Of a stretch of 64,000 bases of DNA, positions 48,561-62,908 are shown piece by piece. How positions within the stretch are numbered: position 1 is the stretch's first letter; each line of letters opens with the position of its first letter. Below the pieces are notes generated by a model. It had not been told where the DNA came from and ran no database searches. It was given only the letters and a program-made list of their open reading frames with translations. Source of the stretch: Squalus acanthias (lineage: Eukaryota); contig JASTWF010000228.1 in NCBI GenBank assembly GCA_030390025.1, positions 496,001 to 560,000 of the forward strand. Reading direction: 5' to 3'. Both the position numbers and the translations under genes were made by a program.

Positions 48561-51159
48561 AATATTCTAGAATCAAGTCCAACCAGAGACTTAACCTTCA
48601 TGGAGGTTAGTATCCTTTAAATTGCATTTCTGCAGCACATTTCCAGACTGTTAAGCCAATGACTTTCTGGTCAAGGTTACGACCTAGCGAATCAGCTGCT
48701 TCCATGCATGAATTTAGCAAATGGGTCCTTATTTAGGTGCAGGACCCTCAGTTTAATATTGAAATCAATGCTTCTGGCAGCCGCCTAAAAGATCTCAGGA
48801 TCAATTTAGCAGTGGCCTCAGCGCACGTGCAGATCGGGTGCCAGCTGTCGCATTGCTAAACTGGTCATTGTTGAGCCAGTTCCGTGCCTGAATGATGTCA
48901 AGTTGACAGGGAACATTAGTCTCCTTCAGTGCTGAAGGCACTGTCCAATGGTACTGATGAGAATATAGGTTTTTAAAATTTCCGTCCCCTGCCCTCACCA
49001 ATTTTTCCCCTTTGCAATTTTTTCCCCCGGTGCAGGTGGCTTTGAATTGCACTGCGTTCAGGATTGAGGTGGGCTTTCTTCACAGCATGAAAAAAAGACT
49101 ATGGGTACAGTTAAATAAACTTACAGTGTTAATATCGCATTGTAAACTATTCATTATAAGCCAAGTGTTACGAGGTTTAATTCCAAGTCCATCTTGAGTT
49201 AGTTGACCTCATCCAGGATGCCAATAGGCCTCAGTACTCCTGGGCTTGGGAGTGAAGTATTACCCAGGGTCACTGCCCTGTAACACTCTCCAGTGACCCC
49301 TGCTGGAACGTGTTTGTACATCAGGTATGAACAGGATTGACTGCCTGCGATGCCATCTACAGTCAAGTAGTCTGCTGACACACGTGAAAAATGGCCACTT
49401 AATTGAGGGCGATCGGCATCTATGGAGGTTCAACATGAGCCAAGACACTCAGGAGCCAAGAGAAGGGAATGGGGGAGGGGGTAAGGAATGTACCTACAGA
49501 TACACAAATGGATGTGGAAAAAAATATTCTATCTCGAGGAACAAACAGCATACGTTCCCATCAAAGCGAAGCAGTGCCTGATATTAATGGCTGCACAATC
49601 GCCCAAGGCGAGCAAAAAAACACAATCGGACAGTTACAATTTAAACGTATTGACCTAAACAAGTGAGCCGAGTTATAGTACAAGCTTCAGGATTGATCCT
49701 GCATGGTAAAATGGATTGGGCCAGCTGGATGCATATGCTGTGCGACAGCTGGTCCAATCAATTTTACAATTCCTTATTGGTTTATTAAAATAAGCTACTG
49801 TTTTTGAGCTTTCATCATGCAAACACTGCACAGCCCAGATTGTATTTGCTAGGTGCACAGCTGAGTGTTTCCACAACAGTTGATTCGATATGTTTTAAGC
49901 TTCAGGTTGAATCAATTTTTTGAATTGAATAGTCTCATCCTGAAATGTAAAAAAATGTATGGAACCAACTGCTGCGCAAATGTGCACCTAGTACAGTAAC
50001 TCAAGGCCAACTGTGCAAGTCTTTGAGCAACCGAGGTTATGAACCCATGAAGCTGTGCTTTTAGGACGCTAAATTTGTCTGGTTACTAAGTCCCTGTGTG
50101 GATCATGTTGGTATCATGGATGTCACCTTGGTTGATCGGCACGACCATGTTGAGTGCCAAACCTTAACTAGTCACCAAAGGGGAAAATGTTTAAATTTGT
50201 AAACATGGCCAGCTCAGCGGGTTAAAGAAATAAGCAGGGTGGGAAGGTCCCCGGATTGGATCACCGCTTTGTGCTAAGTTAGTGATCTGAGCCAGATTGG
50301 AGATAGAGGTGTTACAATTGGCCTCAGCACCCTAGGTCAGGGAGAAAACAAATCAGTCAGATTTCTGATCACGTGAGTGTTGGGTGAGGTCAGGATTGGA
50401 CTCAGACATGGTATCCTTCCCACCCTCGTGCTTGAATAACCTGCCAACACTCACTGCCTGAGATCAGGTCCATTCAAGCAAGGTAGTGGAGGATGACTGA
50501 CCCTTTAGATCTGAATCACAGCAAGAAATTGAACGACTTCAGTGGGGTTACCATGCTTTGATATCACTGTTGTTTGTACCTAAACATTCCCAGCATTATC
50601 TAATAACATTTTTAAAAAAACATAGAAGACAAAAAAATTCTGAAAATCCAAGAAAGAAAGATTAGCAGTAACAATAGAATCTTACAGCACAGGAAGGAGG
50701 CCATTCGGCCCATTGTGCCTGTGCCGGCTCTTTGAAAGCTAGCCAAGTAGTCCCACTTTCCCTGTAGCTCTTCAAAATTTTCCTTTTCAAGTATATCCCA
50801 ATGTGTTGCTCAGCGCGCCTTCCATTTAGTGTACTTGCTGTATTTTAGAACTTAAGCACACTTGATTTATACATGTTGGCAAAATGATTTAGCTTTTTAC
50901 AAATCTTTTTCTTGAGCTGAGGAGGGAATGAAGGATGCTTGAATTCACATGCAGCCTTTCACACTTTGATTCACTGCTATGACTTTTACCATTTCCCAAA
51001 ATTCTGGGGGAGGGAGGGGGTCAGATCTGGGGTGGAGCGGACCTCTCATCCACTCCTTGAATATGATCCAACTCTGCCCAAAATCCCAGAGTAAGGGTCA
51101 TTTCAATGTTTCCAGCACACCTTGGGGGATGGCCACCTGAGTGGGGGGTGGGAGAGATT

Positions 51160-51860
51160 TCATAGGGTTACATAGGATTACATAGGATATACGGCACAGA
51201 AACAGGCCATTCGGCCCAACCAGTCCATGCCGGCGTTTATGCTCCACACGAGCCTCCTCCCGTCTTTCCTCATCCAAATCTATCAGCATAACCCTCTATT
51301 CCCTTTTCTCTCATATACTTGTCTAATCACCCCTTAAAAGCATCTATACTATTCGCTTCAACCACTCCCTGTGGTAGCAAGTTCCACCTTCTCACCACTC
51401 TTTGGGTAAAGAAGTTTCTTCTGAATTCCCTATTGGATTTCTTGGTGACTATTGATGGCCTCTAGTTATGCTCTTCCCCACAAGTGGAAACATTTTCTAT
51501 CAAAGTTTTTCATAATTTTAAAGACCTCTATTAGGTCACCCCTCAGCCTTCTTTTTTCAAGAGAAAAGAGACCCAGCCTGTTCATCCTTTCCTGATATGT
51601 ATACCCTCACATTTCCGGTATCATCCTTGTAAATCTTCTCTGCACCCTCTCCAGTGCCTCTATATCTTTTTTATAATATGGCGACCAGAATTGTATGCAG
51701 TGCTCTAAGTGTGGTCTAACCAAGGTTCGATACAGGTTTAGCATAACTTCCCTACTTTTCAATTCTATCCCCCTAGAAATAAACCCTAGTGCTTGGTTTG
51801 CTTTTTTTTTATTGCCTTGCTAACCTGTGTCGTAACTTTTAGTGATTTGTGTATTTGTGT
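51160..51860 (-). mobile_element. CR1 3' part
   Basis: Reverse complement of the CR1 RT C-terminus and 3'UTR; (ttacatagga)n tail. Confidence 0.88.
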
Positions 51861-52359
51861 ATTTCATCTTCTGTTTACTTTTTTAATGCTGGTTTCAATC
51901 TTTGAATTTTTTAATTCTCCCACTGTGGCCCTAGGAATGTGGGATACCAATGGCACTGAAGCATCCCTGTTGCCCAGTGTTGCTAAAGACATAAATTAGG
52001 AAAATATGTTGCTTGATGTATTTCTCTTAGTGATATGACTTTATAATGCACCCATCCATTGTGTGCCTGCCACCAAACGTGCCTGGATTTCTGATGGGGC
52101 CAAAAAGGGGCGGAATCCGAGTGTGGGATCTGAGGTCCACTCCCCTCCCACTGCCAGTACACTTGAAAACCATGGCCTAGAAATTCATTGGTGCTGTGCC
52201 TGTTTTACAGGTATAAAACGGGCACCTAAGCATCCAATATGCGATGCATGCACATATTCTGTGCCGGATGTGCGCCGCCCACCATATTGGCAAAGGCTCC
52301 TACATACGCTTCCAGGGCTCGCTCCTGAAACAGACATTAGCTCCTTTGCATATGTGGAA

Positions 52360-52720
52360 CACACTACCATATGGAGAAGTTGAGGCGAATAGCATAGATA
52401 CATTTAAGGGGAAGCTAGATCTGTACATGGGGGAGAAAGGAATAGAAGGATGTTTTGATCGGGTGAGATAAAGTAAGGTGGGAGGAGGCTCGTGTGGAGC
52501 ATAAACTCCGGCATAGACCTGTTAAAGCTAAAGGTATCAAGGGATATGGGGAGAAGGCAGGTACAGGGTACTGAGTTTAGATGATCAGCCATGATCTCAT
52601 CGAATGGCGGAGCAGGCTCGAGGGGCCGAATGGCCTACTCCTGCTCCTATCTTCTATGTTTCTATGTTGGGCCGAATGGCCTTTCTCTGTGCTGTAAAAT
52701 TCTATGTAATCTATGTAATA
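52360..52720 (+). mobile_element. CR1 3' end with a second CR1 3' end nested at about 52525-52667
   Basis: Two 3'UTR/tail sets; the host 3'UTR resumes at gggccgaatggc. Confidence 0.75.
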
Positions 52721-54059
52721 TGCAAATAGAGGGCACAACGGCAATTTAAGGTCCCTTTTGTAAAATTCATTGGCGACTGACCACAGCACGCTGCCGTCAG
52801 TATTCTCAGGTGCTCGGCAGCCAAAGCAACGGTTCTAAAAGAGAACGGAGGAAGCTGTTTCTGGAAAGGTGCGTTTTTATTTTATAAGTTACCTTATTGA
52901 GGAGCAGGTTCAACATTAAATTCACAGGCCACTGCCAGCCACCGCTTGCCCTTTCACATATTGATCAATGCTTTTGCTTAATTTTAGTACCCTAGTATTA
53001 ATGCTAAGTCTTTCACATTATGTTCTTTCCTGAGTTGCGATTGGTTTAAAACACTCAGACTATATCAAGCATATCCTTTTATTCCTCTACAAGTATAAAC
53101 ATAATGAATACTTCAAAAGCAATTTTACTCTTAATAATCTGAAATAATGTTATTTAATTTGTATACAGGCCTGAGATCAGACGACTAATAAGGCAGACAG
53201 TGCTTACAACTTTTATATTTATTGTCTTTTATTAGGTGGTGCAGTCTTAGTTTACTGGTACTTTTTAGGGAAAAGTAACAATTGGCTTCTTTGTCATTTA
53301 GTTAGTAACTTGCTTACAATCAGATTAAAGTCCAACATTATCACTAACCCTTCACAGCGTGTGGACCATCTGATTACAGACTTCTGCTTCTGGTACTTTA
53401 ATCAGACAATTACATTGCGAGGACTTCAGTATCACAAGATCACAGATAGATATGGGTGAAGAAGACCATTGAGCACATCTAAGCTCACCCCTCCATTCAG
53501 AAAGATCCTATATTTTCTGATCACAGTAAACAACTGATCTTAAATGATTCCAGAATTTTTGTCTTCACTACCCTACCTGGAAGTGCATTTCATATGTTGA
53601 TCAGCTTTTGTGTGAAAAACTTCTTTGACATCAAGCCTAAATTTGAATCTAATGCCCCCTTGTCGTACTGCTTAGCTTAACTAGTATTTTGGATTTACCT
53701 TTCCTATCGTGTTTACTATTTTCTGAATGCACACTCTCAGTGCAGAGCCTTACCTGCCAGGAGTGTTTCTTGGGAAATTGTGGGTGCACTGCCCATTATT
53801 TTCGAGACTGCAAATTACTTATATGCGCTCACGGCAGGTGAGGTTTCATGTGTCACCAAGCTATTGCCTTCACCACCCTACTATATGGATTGGAGTGATG
53901 GATCTGCTACCACCATCATATCAAGAGACTTGACCATTTCCACTTGCCCTGACCATGACATAGCGTTGGCATCAAGTGCCGAACACTGATGCCCTCAAAC
54001 GCTGCAGTATAACTAGAATTGAGGCCGCTATCAAAAATGTTCAGTTGCATTGGACATAC

Positions 54060-56177
54060 AGTGGCTAACATTCAAGGAAATAATGCATAATTTGCACAAA
54101 CATATATTCCTCTAGGGCATAAAAACCCAAAAGGAAAAGTGATCCAACCATGGCTAACAAAAGAAATTAAAGCTAGTATTAAGTCAAAGGAGGAAGCTTA
54201 TAACGTTGCCAGAAAAAGCGGTCAGCCTGAGGATTGGGATCTTTTTAGAAATCAGCAAAGGGGGACCAAGAAATTGATAAAGGAAGGGAAAATGGAATAT
54301 GAGCACAAACTAATGAAAAATATAAAAACGGATTGTAAAAGCTTCTATAGGTATGTGAAAAGGAAAAGACTGGCGAAGGTAAATATAGGTCCTTTACAGT
54401 CAGAGACGGGAGAATTTATAATGGGGCATGAGGAAATAGCAGAGAAATTAAATAAATACTTTGTTTCTGTCTTCACGGAGGAAGACACAAAAAACCTCCC
54501 AGAAATATGAGAAAACCAAGGGTGTGGCGAGAATGAGGAACTTAAAGAAATGATTATTAGTAAAAAAACAGTACTAGCAAAATTAATGGGACTAAAAGTC
54601 GATAAATCTCAAGGACCGGATGACCTACATTCTAGGGTTTTGAAAGAGGTGGGATAGTGGACGCATTGGTTGTCATCTTCCAAAATTCTATAGATTCTGG
54701 AACGATTCCTGCAGATTGGAGGATAGCAAATGTAACCCCGCTATTTAAGAAAGGAGGGAGAGAGAAAATGGGGAACTACAGATCTGTTAGCCTTACATCA
54801 GTAGTTGGGAAAATGCTGGGATCTATTATAAAGGATGCAATAACTGGGCACTTAGAAACTAATATTAAGATTGGGCAAAGGCAACATGGATTTATGAAAG
54901 GGAAATCCTCTTTGACAAACCTATTAGAGTTCTTTGAGGATGTAACTAGTGGAGTAGACAAAGGGGAACTGGTAGATGTGGTGTATTTGGATTTTCAGAA
55001 GGCCTTCGATAAGGTCCCACACAAGAGGTTGGTGAACAAAATTAGGGCACATGGAATTGGGGGTAATATACTAGCATGGATTGAGAATTGGTTAACAGAC
55101 AGAAAACAAAGAGTAGGGATAAACGGGTCTTTTTCAGGATGGCAGGCTGTGACTAGTGGGGTACCGCAAGGATCGGTGCTTGGGCCCCAGCTATTCACAA
55201 TCTATATCAATGATTTGGATGAGGGGACTAAATGTAACATTTCCAAATTTGCTGATGACACAAAGCTAGGTGGCAGTGTCAGTTGCGAAGAGGATGTGAA
55301 GAGGCTTCAAGGGGATCTCGACAGGCTCAGTGAGTGGGCGAGAACATGGCAGATGGATTATAATGTGGATAAATGTGAAGTCATCCACTTTGGTAGAAAA
55401 ACAGAAAGGCAGAGTATTTCCTAAATGGTGAAAGATTGGGGAATGCAGATGCTCAAAGGGTGCCCTTGTACATGAGTCACTGAAAGTGAATGTGCAGGTA
55501 CAGCAAGCCATTAGGAAGGCAAATGGTATGCTGGCCTTAATTACAAGAGGATTTGAGTACAGGAGTAAAGAAGTCTTACTCCAATTATATAGGGCCTTGG
55601 TGAGACCACACCTGGAGTACTGTGTACAATTTTGGTCTTATTACTTAAGGAAGGATATACTTGCCATAGAGGGAGTGCAATGAAGATTCACGAGATTGAT
55701 TCCTGGGATGGCGGGACTGTCGTATGAGAAGAGATTGAGTAAAGTAGGCCTGTATTCTCTTGAATTCAGAAGAATGAGAGGGGATCTCATTGAAGCATAC
55801 AAAATTATTACAGGGCTTGATAGGGTGGATGCTGGGAGAATGTTTCCCTTGGCTGGGGAGTCTAGAACCAGGGGCTACAGCCTCAGGATAAAGGGTAGGA
55901 CATTCAGGACTGAGATGAGAAGAAATTTCTTCACACAGAGGGTGGTGAATCTTTGGAATTCTCTACCCCAGAGCGCTGTGAAGGCTCAGTCATTTGGTGT
56001 ATTCAAAACAGAAGTTGATAGATTTCTGACTAGTAAAGGCATCAAGGGATATGGCGATAAGGCCGGTGAATGGAATTGAGGCAGAAGATCAGCCATGATC
56101 TCAATGAATGGCGGAGCAGGCTCAAAGGGCCGAATGGCCTACTCCTGCTCCTATTTCTTATGTTTTTATGTTCTTAT
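54060..56177 (+). mobile_element. CR1, about 2.1-kb 3' part with RT pseudogene
   Basis: WRIANVTPLFKKG, YLDFQKAFDKVPH, GVPQGSVLGP and KFADDTKLGG; 3'UTR and tail. Confidence 0.94.
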
Positions 56178-56179
56178 TG

Positions 56180-56560
56180 GTATGGACATATGATTTGCAT
56201 ACCTGATTGTAGAATTCTAAAAGCTGTCTTCTGCGACGAGTTGTAGCTCAGAAAACGCAACAGAGTTGGGCACTCTATAAAGACATATGAAAGATCACCT
56301 CAAAATCTTGCAGTATTAACCCTGACATCTGTGAAGACAGAACCACTGATAGACCATGATGGCATTACATCTGCCAGGTTAATCTGAGGTTGCAGAGTTG
56401 TGAGATCTGGCTGCCAAGCGCCTAGCACACAAGGAAACCCATTCTATCTGCCCCATTTGGCTTCCAAAGTGATATGTGTGGCCATTTAGTAGCATCCAGG
56501 ATTGGGCTCTTCTCCAATCAGCACACACAACAACTAAGATTCCGCTGTCAACTCAATGGG
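56180..56560 (+). mobile_element. RTE-clade LINE 3' remnant
   Basis: PDCRILKAVFCDEL and the C-terminal CGHLVASRIGLFSNQHT, an RTE C2H2-like terminus. Confidence 0.7.
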
Positions 56561-57344
56561 AGACTTCATCCCAGGCCTGAAGTGTGCATTTGGAAAATTG
56601 ACCCTTTGGAGTCAGCCTCTTGGCTGTTTGCTACACTACCTTCAGGGTTTGAATGTCACCATTGTGTCTTGATGACCAAAACTGGGCATAGTACCCAAGG
56701 TGCATTTTGACTAGAATATAGGTATAGTCTTAGCTCAATATTTTCTAACCAGTAATTTTGGCTATATAGTTCAGCATTCTAATTGCTAATACCTCTTGAT
56801 CTCTTTCAACTTCACTCTCAGCCATTTATATATCATTTATGGTTTGCATATATCACCCAGTTTTTCTTCTCTGTGCAATATTTTACACTTACCTTTATTA
56901 GATTTCATGCATGACTTCTTCAAAAAGCCTCAAGGTGATTGGTGAGGCAGGTTCTTCCCCTTCTGAAGTCATGTTGGCTATTGTTAACAGTTCCAATGGA
57001 CTGCGCTCCACCAAGTTGGTCACCTGAAAGTCAAAATTGACCTCATTGACTTCAATGGAGAGTACAATTGGATAGGGTGGAAAAACAAGCCTTTGACCCA
57101 AACCTGTCCCCTTCCTGCCGTGTGAGTTAGGTCAAAATCGGTGCTACTGTCTTCATGAAAATAAAAGACATTTGCAAACCATTTTGTTTGGGAATGGGGT
57201 AAAACAGAAAAGATGTACATCCTTTTTGTCACAATGATGTTGCTTGCAAACAAAGATATCATAGGGTCAATTTTCTGAATCTGCACTGATGGTCAGAAGT
57301 GTGATATTAGAAAATTCATCCAAAATAGTTTTAATGTGATTTGC

Positions 57345-57950
57345 ATTGGGAAAATAGGAACAGGAGACGGCCATTCTGCCCCTCGAGCCTGTTCCACCAT
57401 TCAATTAGATCATGACCGATCTGTACCTCAACTCCATTTACCCATCTTCGGTCCATATCCCTTCATACCCTTACCTAACAAAATTCAATCGCTCTCATTC
57501 TTGAAAATTTCAATTGACCTAGCCTCAGCAGCTTTTTAGCGAGAGTGTTACAGATTTCCTCCACCCTTTGTATTAAAAAGTATTTCCTTATTGCACTCCT
57601 AAATGACTTAGCTCTAATTTTAAGATTATGCCCCCTTCTTCTGGATTCCCCCACCAGAGGAAATAGTTTCTCTGTATCTACCCTATTGAGTCACTTTATC
57701 ATGTTAAACACCTCAATTAGATCACCCCTCAATCTTCTACACTCAAAGGAATAAAAGCCAAGTTTATACAAACTGTCCACATAATATAACTCTTTAAGAC
57801 CCGGTATCATTCTGGTGAATCTGTGCTGTACCCCCCTCCAAGGCCAATATATCCTTCCTGAGGTTCAGTGCCCAGAACTGAATGCAGCACTCTACATGGG
57901 GTCTGACCAAGGCTCTGTATAATTGAAGCATCACTTCCTCACTCTTGTAT
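57345..57950 (-). mobile_element. CR1 3' part (older)
   Basis: EYKSEEVMLQLYRALVRPHVECCIQFW. Confidence 0.85.
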
Positions 57951-60879
57951 TCACACATCATCTCTTCATTTATAAGCAAAAGTGGTCGGCCAACATTTTT
58001 TAATGAAGATAGTGCCCCTTTAATGATTAAGTTTTTCTTTGCCTTTTTCCGAACACAAATCTCAATAATCTAAGATGAATAATCATTTTAGTAAAACAAA
58101 AATGACTCGTGAAGGAATGTAGCTTTAAGAAGGATTGCACACTAAGTGAAAACTGTATGTAAAGAGCACTGCTTATTGAGCACCTTATATAATAGTTTTC
58201 CTTCTAACAGAAAGATTAACAAAGGAAAACTGAATAGATATCGGATGGAAAAAAATCCTCTGACATTCTCATGTGACCTGAATAAACAGTCTAACAAGCA
58301 AGGCTGTCGAACCTGCAGCTCGCCCTGCCAGGTTCATGAGAAAAGCAGCACGGACTGCTACAGATTGATTTGAGATGTAATTGGGGTCTCACCTCTGCCC
58401 ATTATTGCGAATCAGATCTTGGCAGGGTTAATAAACTCTGGGGCCTCAGGTGTGTGCTTTGAGTCCTGAGCCCAGCACGGAGGGAGTATACCGGCCCCTC
58501 AAAGATTAATTAATAACGCCAACCTCAAGGCACAAACCCAGGAACTGCACAGCTTTCAGATAAAGTGAAACACCATGGCAGCATTTCATCAATCATGGTC
58601 TATTTTTTGTCTGACAGGTAGCCTAATGAAAGAGAAAAATCTAGGGGCAAAAGACTTTGACTATGAGTTTTTTCACTCCAGTTGATGTCTATAACTTTTT
58701 TCTATTTTTGAAGTATGAAAGAACCTCAGTTTTGTGCTTTCTGCAGCACAAATCCACTGCTATTGATAAAGTAATGTGACTTCTACAGGTAATCGTTTGG
58801 CCTTGAAACTATGCTATGTGAAGATTTGCAAATGGACACTTAATAAATGGACACTTAATAAATTGGTTTGTCTACTATTTTAATGGAGGCTTTAACCCGT
58901 ATAAAATAAAAGGTAAAATAGTGGAACAAGGGATACAATATAAATGCGCTAAGTGATCATCTGATAATCTTTGGACTGAATAACTTCCTCTACCGTGCCT
59001 ACTCCATGTTAAACGGCATTTCAAGTTCTAAAGCCATAGCCAAACATTTATTTACCACGTCAGTTTTATTCTCACACAGGGAAAACAATAAAAAGGCATT
59101 AAAAAGATTTCAGTTTGAGAATTTTCCAAATGTTCCAATGGACTGCTTGACACTGGACTTCAGTTAAAACACAGCCAGTGTGAAACTCCTGGAGATGGTT
59201 TCGCCCTTTTTGTTTTTCGAGTCTAGTCCATTGTCAGATCATCGTTCAAGCTCCTAGATATACTGCTGGTTTTGTGGCAATGGGCTCAAGTCTTCAGGGC
59301 ACTTCTATTGCCTTTAAATCAGTTCCTTCCTCTTCACGATATTACAGGGATATCCCATTGCTGCTGAATCTTCCTCATCCTCAATGGCTTCCTCTTGATG
59401 ATGGGGATTCCACTGGGAGCCTCCTCTGTATATTTAGTCAGCCCAACCCAGGAAAATGAGTCAGGTCATAGCTGGGTCAGAGGGCAAGCAGCAGTTCTGC
59501 TCTGCCCGCCCCACCCGGCTCCTCCTCTGATTGGGAGCCTGCCCTGGAGGAAAATCTGGCTCAATATTTCAACAAAGCCTATTTAGAAACTGCAAAAATA
59601 TGTCAGTTGGAGGATTACCTGTTGGAATTTCCCACATACAGTTAAAACTACAGTGAAATAAAATTAAAATAAAAGAAAAACAATTCTACTTTTCCACTAT
59701 TGTTTTGTGTAGAAATAATGGAAATTTATACCTGTATATTGCTCCTCACATACAGAGACATCTCTGAAAGCTTTACAGTATAATGGGTAATGAGTAGACA
59801 CTGAGCTGGAAGGAGAAAAGGGAGTGGAGTTGGTGAGGGGGCGGGGGGGGGGGGGGGGGGGCGGTAGGGGGCAGGGAGGGAGAGTGGAAACACATTTAAA
59901 GAGGAGAGTTTGTGGAAGACATTTGAAGGCAGGGAGGGTGTTAGAAAGGCAGATGTATTGAGAGTTGCAGAGGGTCAGGGACATAGTGGCTGAAGAAGAG
60001 GCCACTAATGGTGGAGTGGAGGAAGCAAAAGACAAGCAGTAAGTCAATGCCAGAGAAGTGGAGGATGAGCAATAGGACAAATGGGTGAGGGAGATTGCGT
60101 GAAGTGAGGAAGAAAACTGAGCTTAGCATCAAGCAATACGTCAAGCTTCCATACTTCTGAGCTCAGCCTGAGTGGCAGTGGTGGAGGTGGAGGAATCAAG
60201 GCTGCAGATGCACAGGTATTTGTGGGAATCTAGGTGGTAAGAATGGTTTTGTGACATTAAGCTGGAGGAAATTAGAGGCCCAATTTTCCTCTTGGATTCC
60301 TGGCCCAGCACCAGACAGCAGCAATGTACCAGAGGTGTGCTGTGGCTGCTGTGGCAGGATAGTTCCCATATTTTCTGGCTCAGGATAGTTAGATAACCCA
60401 GGCACTCTCTCAGCACAGGCCTGCCCCTCGGCAGAGCTTTGCACTGGAGAATCGAGGGGCAGAACCAGGAGTGTAGCTGCAGGCCTGAGAGGCTGCTGGC
60501 ATTGGGACTTTCTGCTGCTGCAGGAGGGAAATAATTTTCTGATCTTCTGCCTCCTTAGATCTTCAAGGTGCCCCTGCGACCTCCCACTTATCCCTGCGGT
60601 CCTGGTGCAAGCCGTACTGCCAGCTTTTTGGGGCACCTTTGGTTTGGCGTTCTATAGCCGGATGCATCGATAGTAACGTACGAGAGCTTGGAATTCCCCC
60701 ACTTGCTGCTTTAGGATATTAACACTGGGCCTGTGTCTGTGCTGACTACAGAGAGAGGGCCTGTATCACCCGTTTTAGGAAATCCTGCAAATTATGGGGG
60801 TAGAGACCTGACATAATGGTCTCCACCCCCATTTCCACTTAGCTGCACCAGGGAACGCAGCATTCCCCACGCACAACAA

Positions 60880-62390
60880 GGGTCTTAACAGAAGTGGCTG
60901 CAGAGATAGTGGATGCATTGATTGTAATCTACAAAAATTCCCTGGATTCTGGAATGGTCCCAACAGATTGGAAAACCTTCAAGAAAGGAAGGAGACAGAA
61001 AGCAGGAAACTAAAGGCCAGTTAGCCTAACATCTGTCATTGGCAAAATGCTGGAATCCATTATTAAGGAGGTAGTAGCAGGACATTTAGAAAATCATAAT
61101 ATAATCAAGCAGAGTCAGCATGATTTTATGAAAGGGAAATCGTGTTTGACAAATTTACTAGAGTTCTTTGAGGATGTAATGAGCAGGGTGGATAAAGGGG
61201 AACCAGTGGATGTGGTGTATTTTGATTTCCAGAAGGCATTCGATAAGGTGCCGCATAAAAGGTTACTGCACATGATAAGAGCTCACAGTGTTGGGGGTAA
61301 CATATTAGATTGGATAAAGGATTGGCTAACTAACAGAAAACAGAGAGTCGGGATGAATGGGTCATTTTCAGGTTGGCAAGCTGTAACTAGTGGGGTGCCA
61401 CAAGGATCAGTGCTGGAGCCTCAACTATTTACAACCTATATTAATGACTTGGACAAAGGGACCGAGTGTACTGTTGCCAAATTTGCTGACGATACAAAGA
61501 TAGGTGGGAAAGCAAGTTGTGCGGAGTACAAGAGTCTGCAAAGGAATATAGATAAGCTAAGTGAGTGGGCAAAAATTTGGCAGATGTTGTATAATGTGGG
61601 AAAATGTGAGGTTATCCACTTTGGTAGGAAGAATAGAAAAGCAAAACATTATTTAAATGGAGAGAGACTACAGAATGCTGCGGTACAGGGGATCTGGGTG
61701 TCCTCGTACATGAAACACAAAAAGTTAGCATGCAGGTACAGCAAGTAATTAGGAAGGCAAATGGAATATTGGCCTTTATTGCAAGGGGGATGGAGTATAA
61801 AAGTAGGGAAGTCTTGCTACAACTGTACAGGGCATTGGTGAAACCACATCTGGAGTACTGCGTACAGTTTTGATCTCCTTATTTAAGGAGGGATATACTT
61901 GCATTGGAGGCAGTTCAGAGAAGATTCACTAGGTTGATTCCTGAGTTGAAGGGGTTGTCTTATGAGAAAGGTTGAGCAGGTTTAGAAGAATGAGAGGTGA
62001 TTTTGTTGAAACATATAAGATTCTGAGGGGGTTGGACAGGGTAGATGCTGAGAGGATGTTTCCCCTCGTGGGGGAATCTAGAACTAGGGGGCATAGTTTC
62101 AGAATAAGGGGTCGTCCATTTAAAATGGAGATGAGGAGGAATTTCTTCTCTCAGAGGGTCATGAATCTTTGGTATTCTCTACCCCAGAGAGCTGTGGAGG
62201 CTGAGTCATTAAATATATTCAAGGCTGGGATAGACAGATTTTTGAAAAACAGGGGAGTGAAGGGTTATGGGGAGCGGGCAGGAAAGTGGAGTTGAGGCCA
62301 AGATCAGATCAGCCATGATCTTACTGAATGGCGGAGCAGGCTCGAGGGGCCGAATGGCCTACTCCTGCTCCTATTTCTTATGTTCTTATG
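60880..62390 (+). mobile_element. CR1 3' part with RT pseudogene
   Basis: SQHDFMKGKSCLTNLLEFFE...KFADDTKIGG...FFSQRVMNLW; tail. Confidence 0.93.
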
Positions 62391-62760
62391 ATCAAAGAGA
62401 GTCAGCATGTATTTGTGAAACATAGGTCACGCCTGACTATTCTAATTAAATTTTTTGAGCAGATCACTAGCATGGTGGATAGAGAAGTGTCCATGAATGT
62501 TGTCTAGATGGACTTTCAGAAGGCATTTGGTAAGGTTTTGAACAAGAGATTATTAGCAAAAATAAGAACGCATGGAATTGGAGGTAACCTTGTGTCATGG
62601 GTTGGTAATTGGTTGGGAGGTAGGAGACAGACCGTAGGGAATAGGTTTATTTTCTGATTGGCGGGATGTAACAAATGGTGTTCCCCAGGGAGCTGTACTG
62701 AAGCCTCAGCTATTCACTATATACATATATATTAATGACATGGATGAAAGAATAAAGAGT
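62391..62760 (+). mobile_element. Older CR1 RT fragment (further piece at 63840-64000)
   Basis: Degenerate SQH.FVK, DFQKAFGKV and GVPQG motifs. Confidence 0.75.
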
Positions 62761-62908
62761 TAAAAATTCGAGGTCTTTCCGCTGGCCATTTAGGCCCGTT
62801 TTGGGGCTGCCGCACTTTCACCTGCTGCCGGAGGGTCCTGCGGCGGTGGCCATTGCTTGCGCTCGCCGACAGTATTGTAATTAGTCGGAGAATGACGTCA
62901 ATCATATT

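Noticed and set aside
58830-58863. 15-bp tandem duplication aaatggacacttaat
   Set aside because: Ordinary local slippage duplication.
59080-59167. Possible terminal exon ENNKKALKRFQFENFPNVPMDCLTLDFS*
   Set aside because: Only an acceptor supports it, and I recognise no homology.
60196-60636. 146-aa minus-strand ORF
   Set aside because: No ATG start or recognisable domain; probably a decayed repeat.
3191-62295. RT ORFs as retron, DGR or group II intron systems
   Set aside because: The motifs, 3'UTR hairpins and microsatellite tails are those of CR1 LINEs, and all copies are fragmented.
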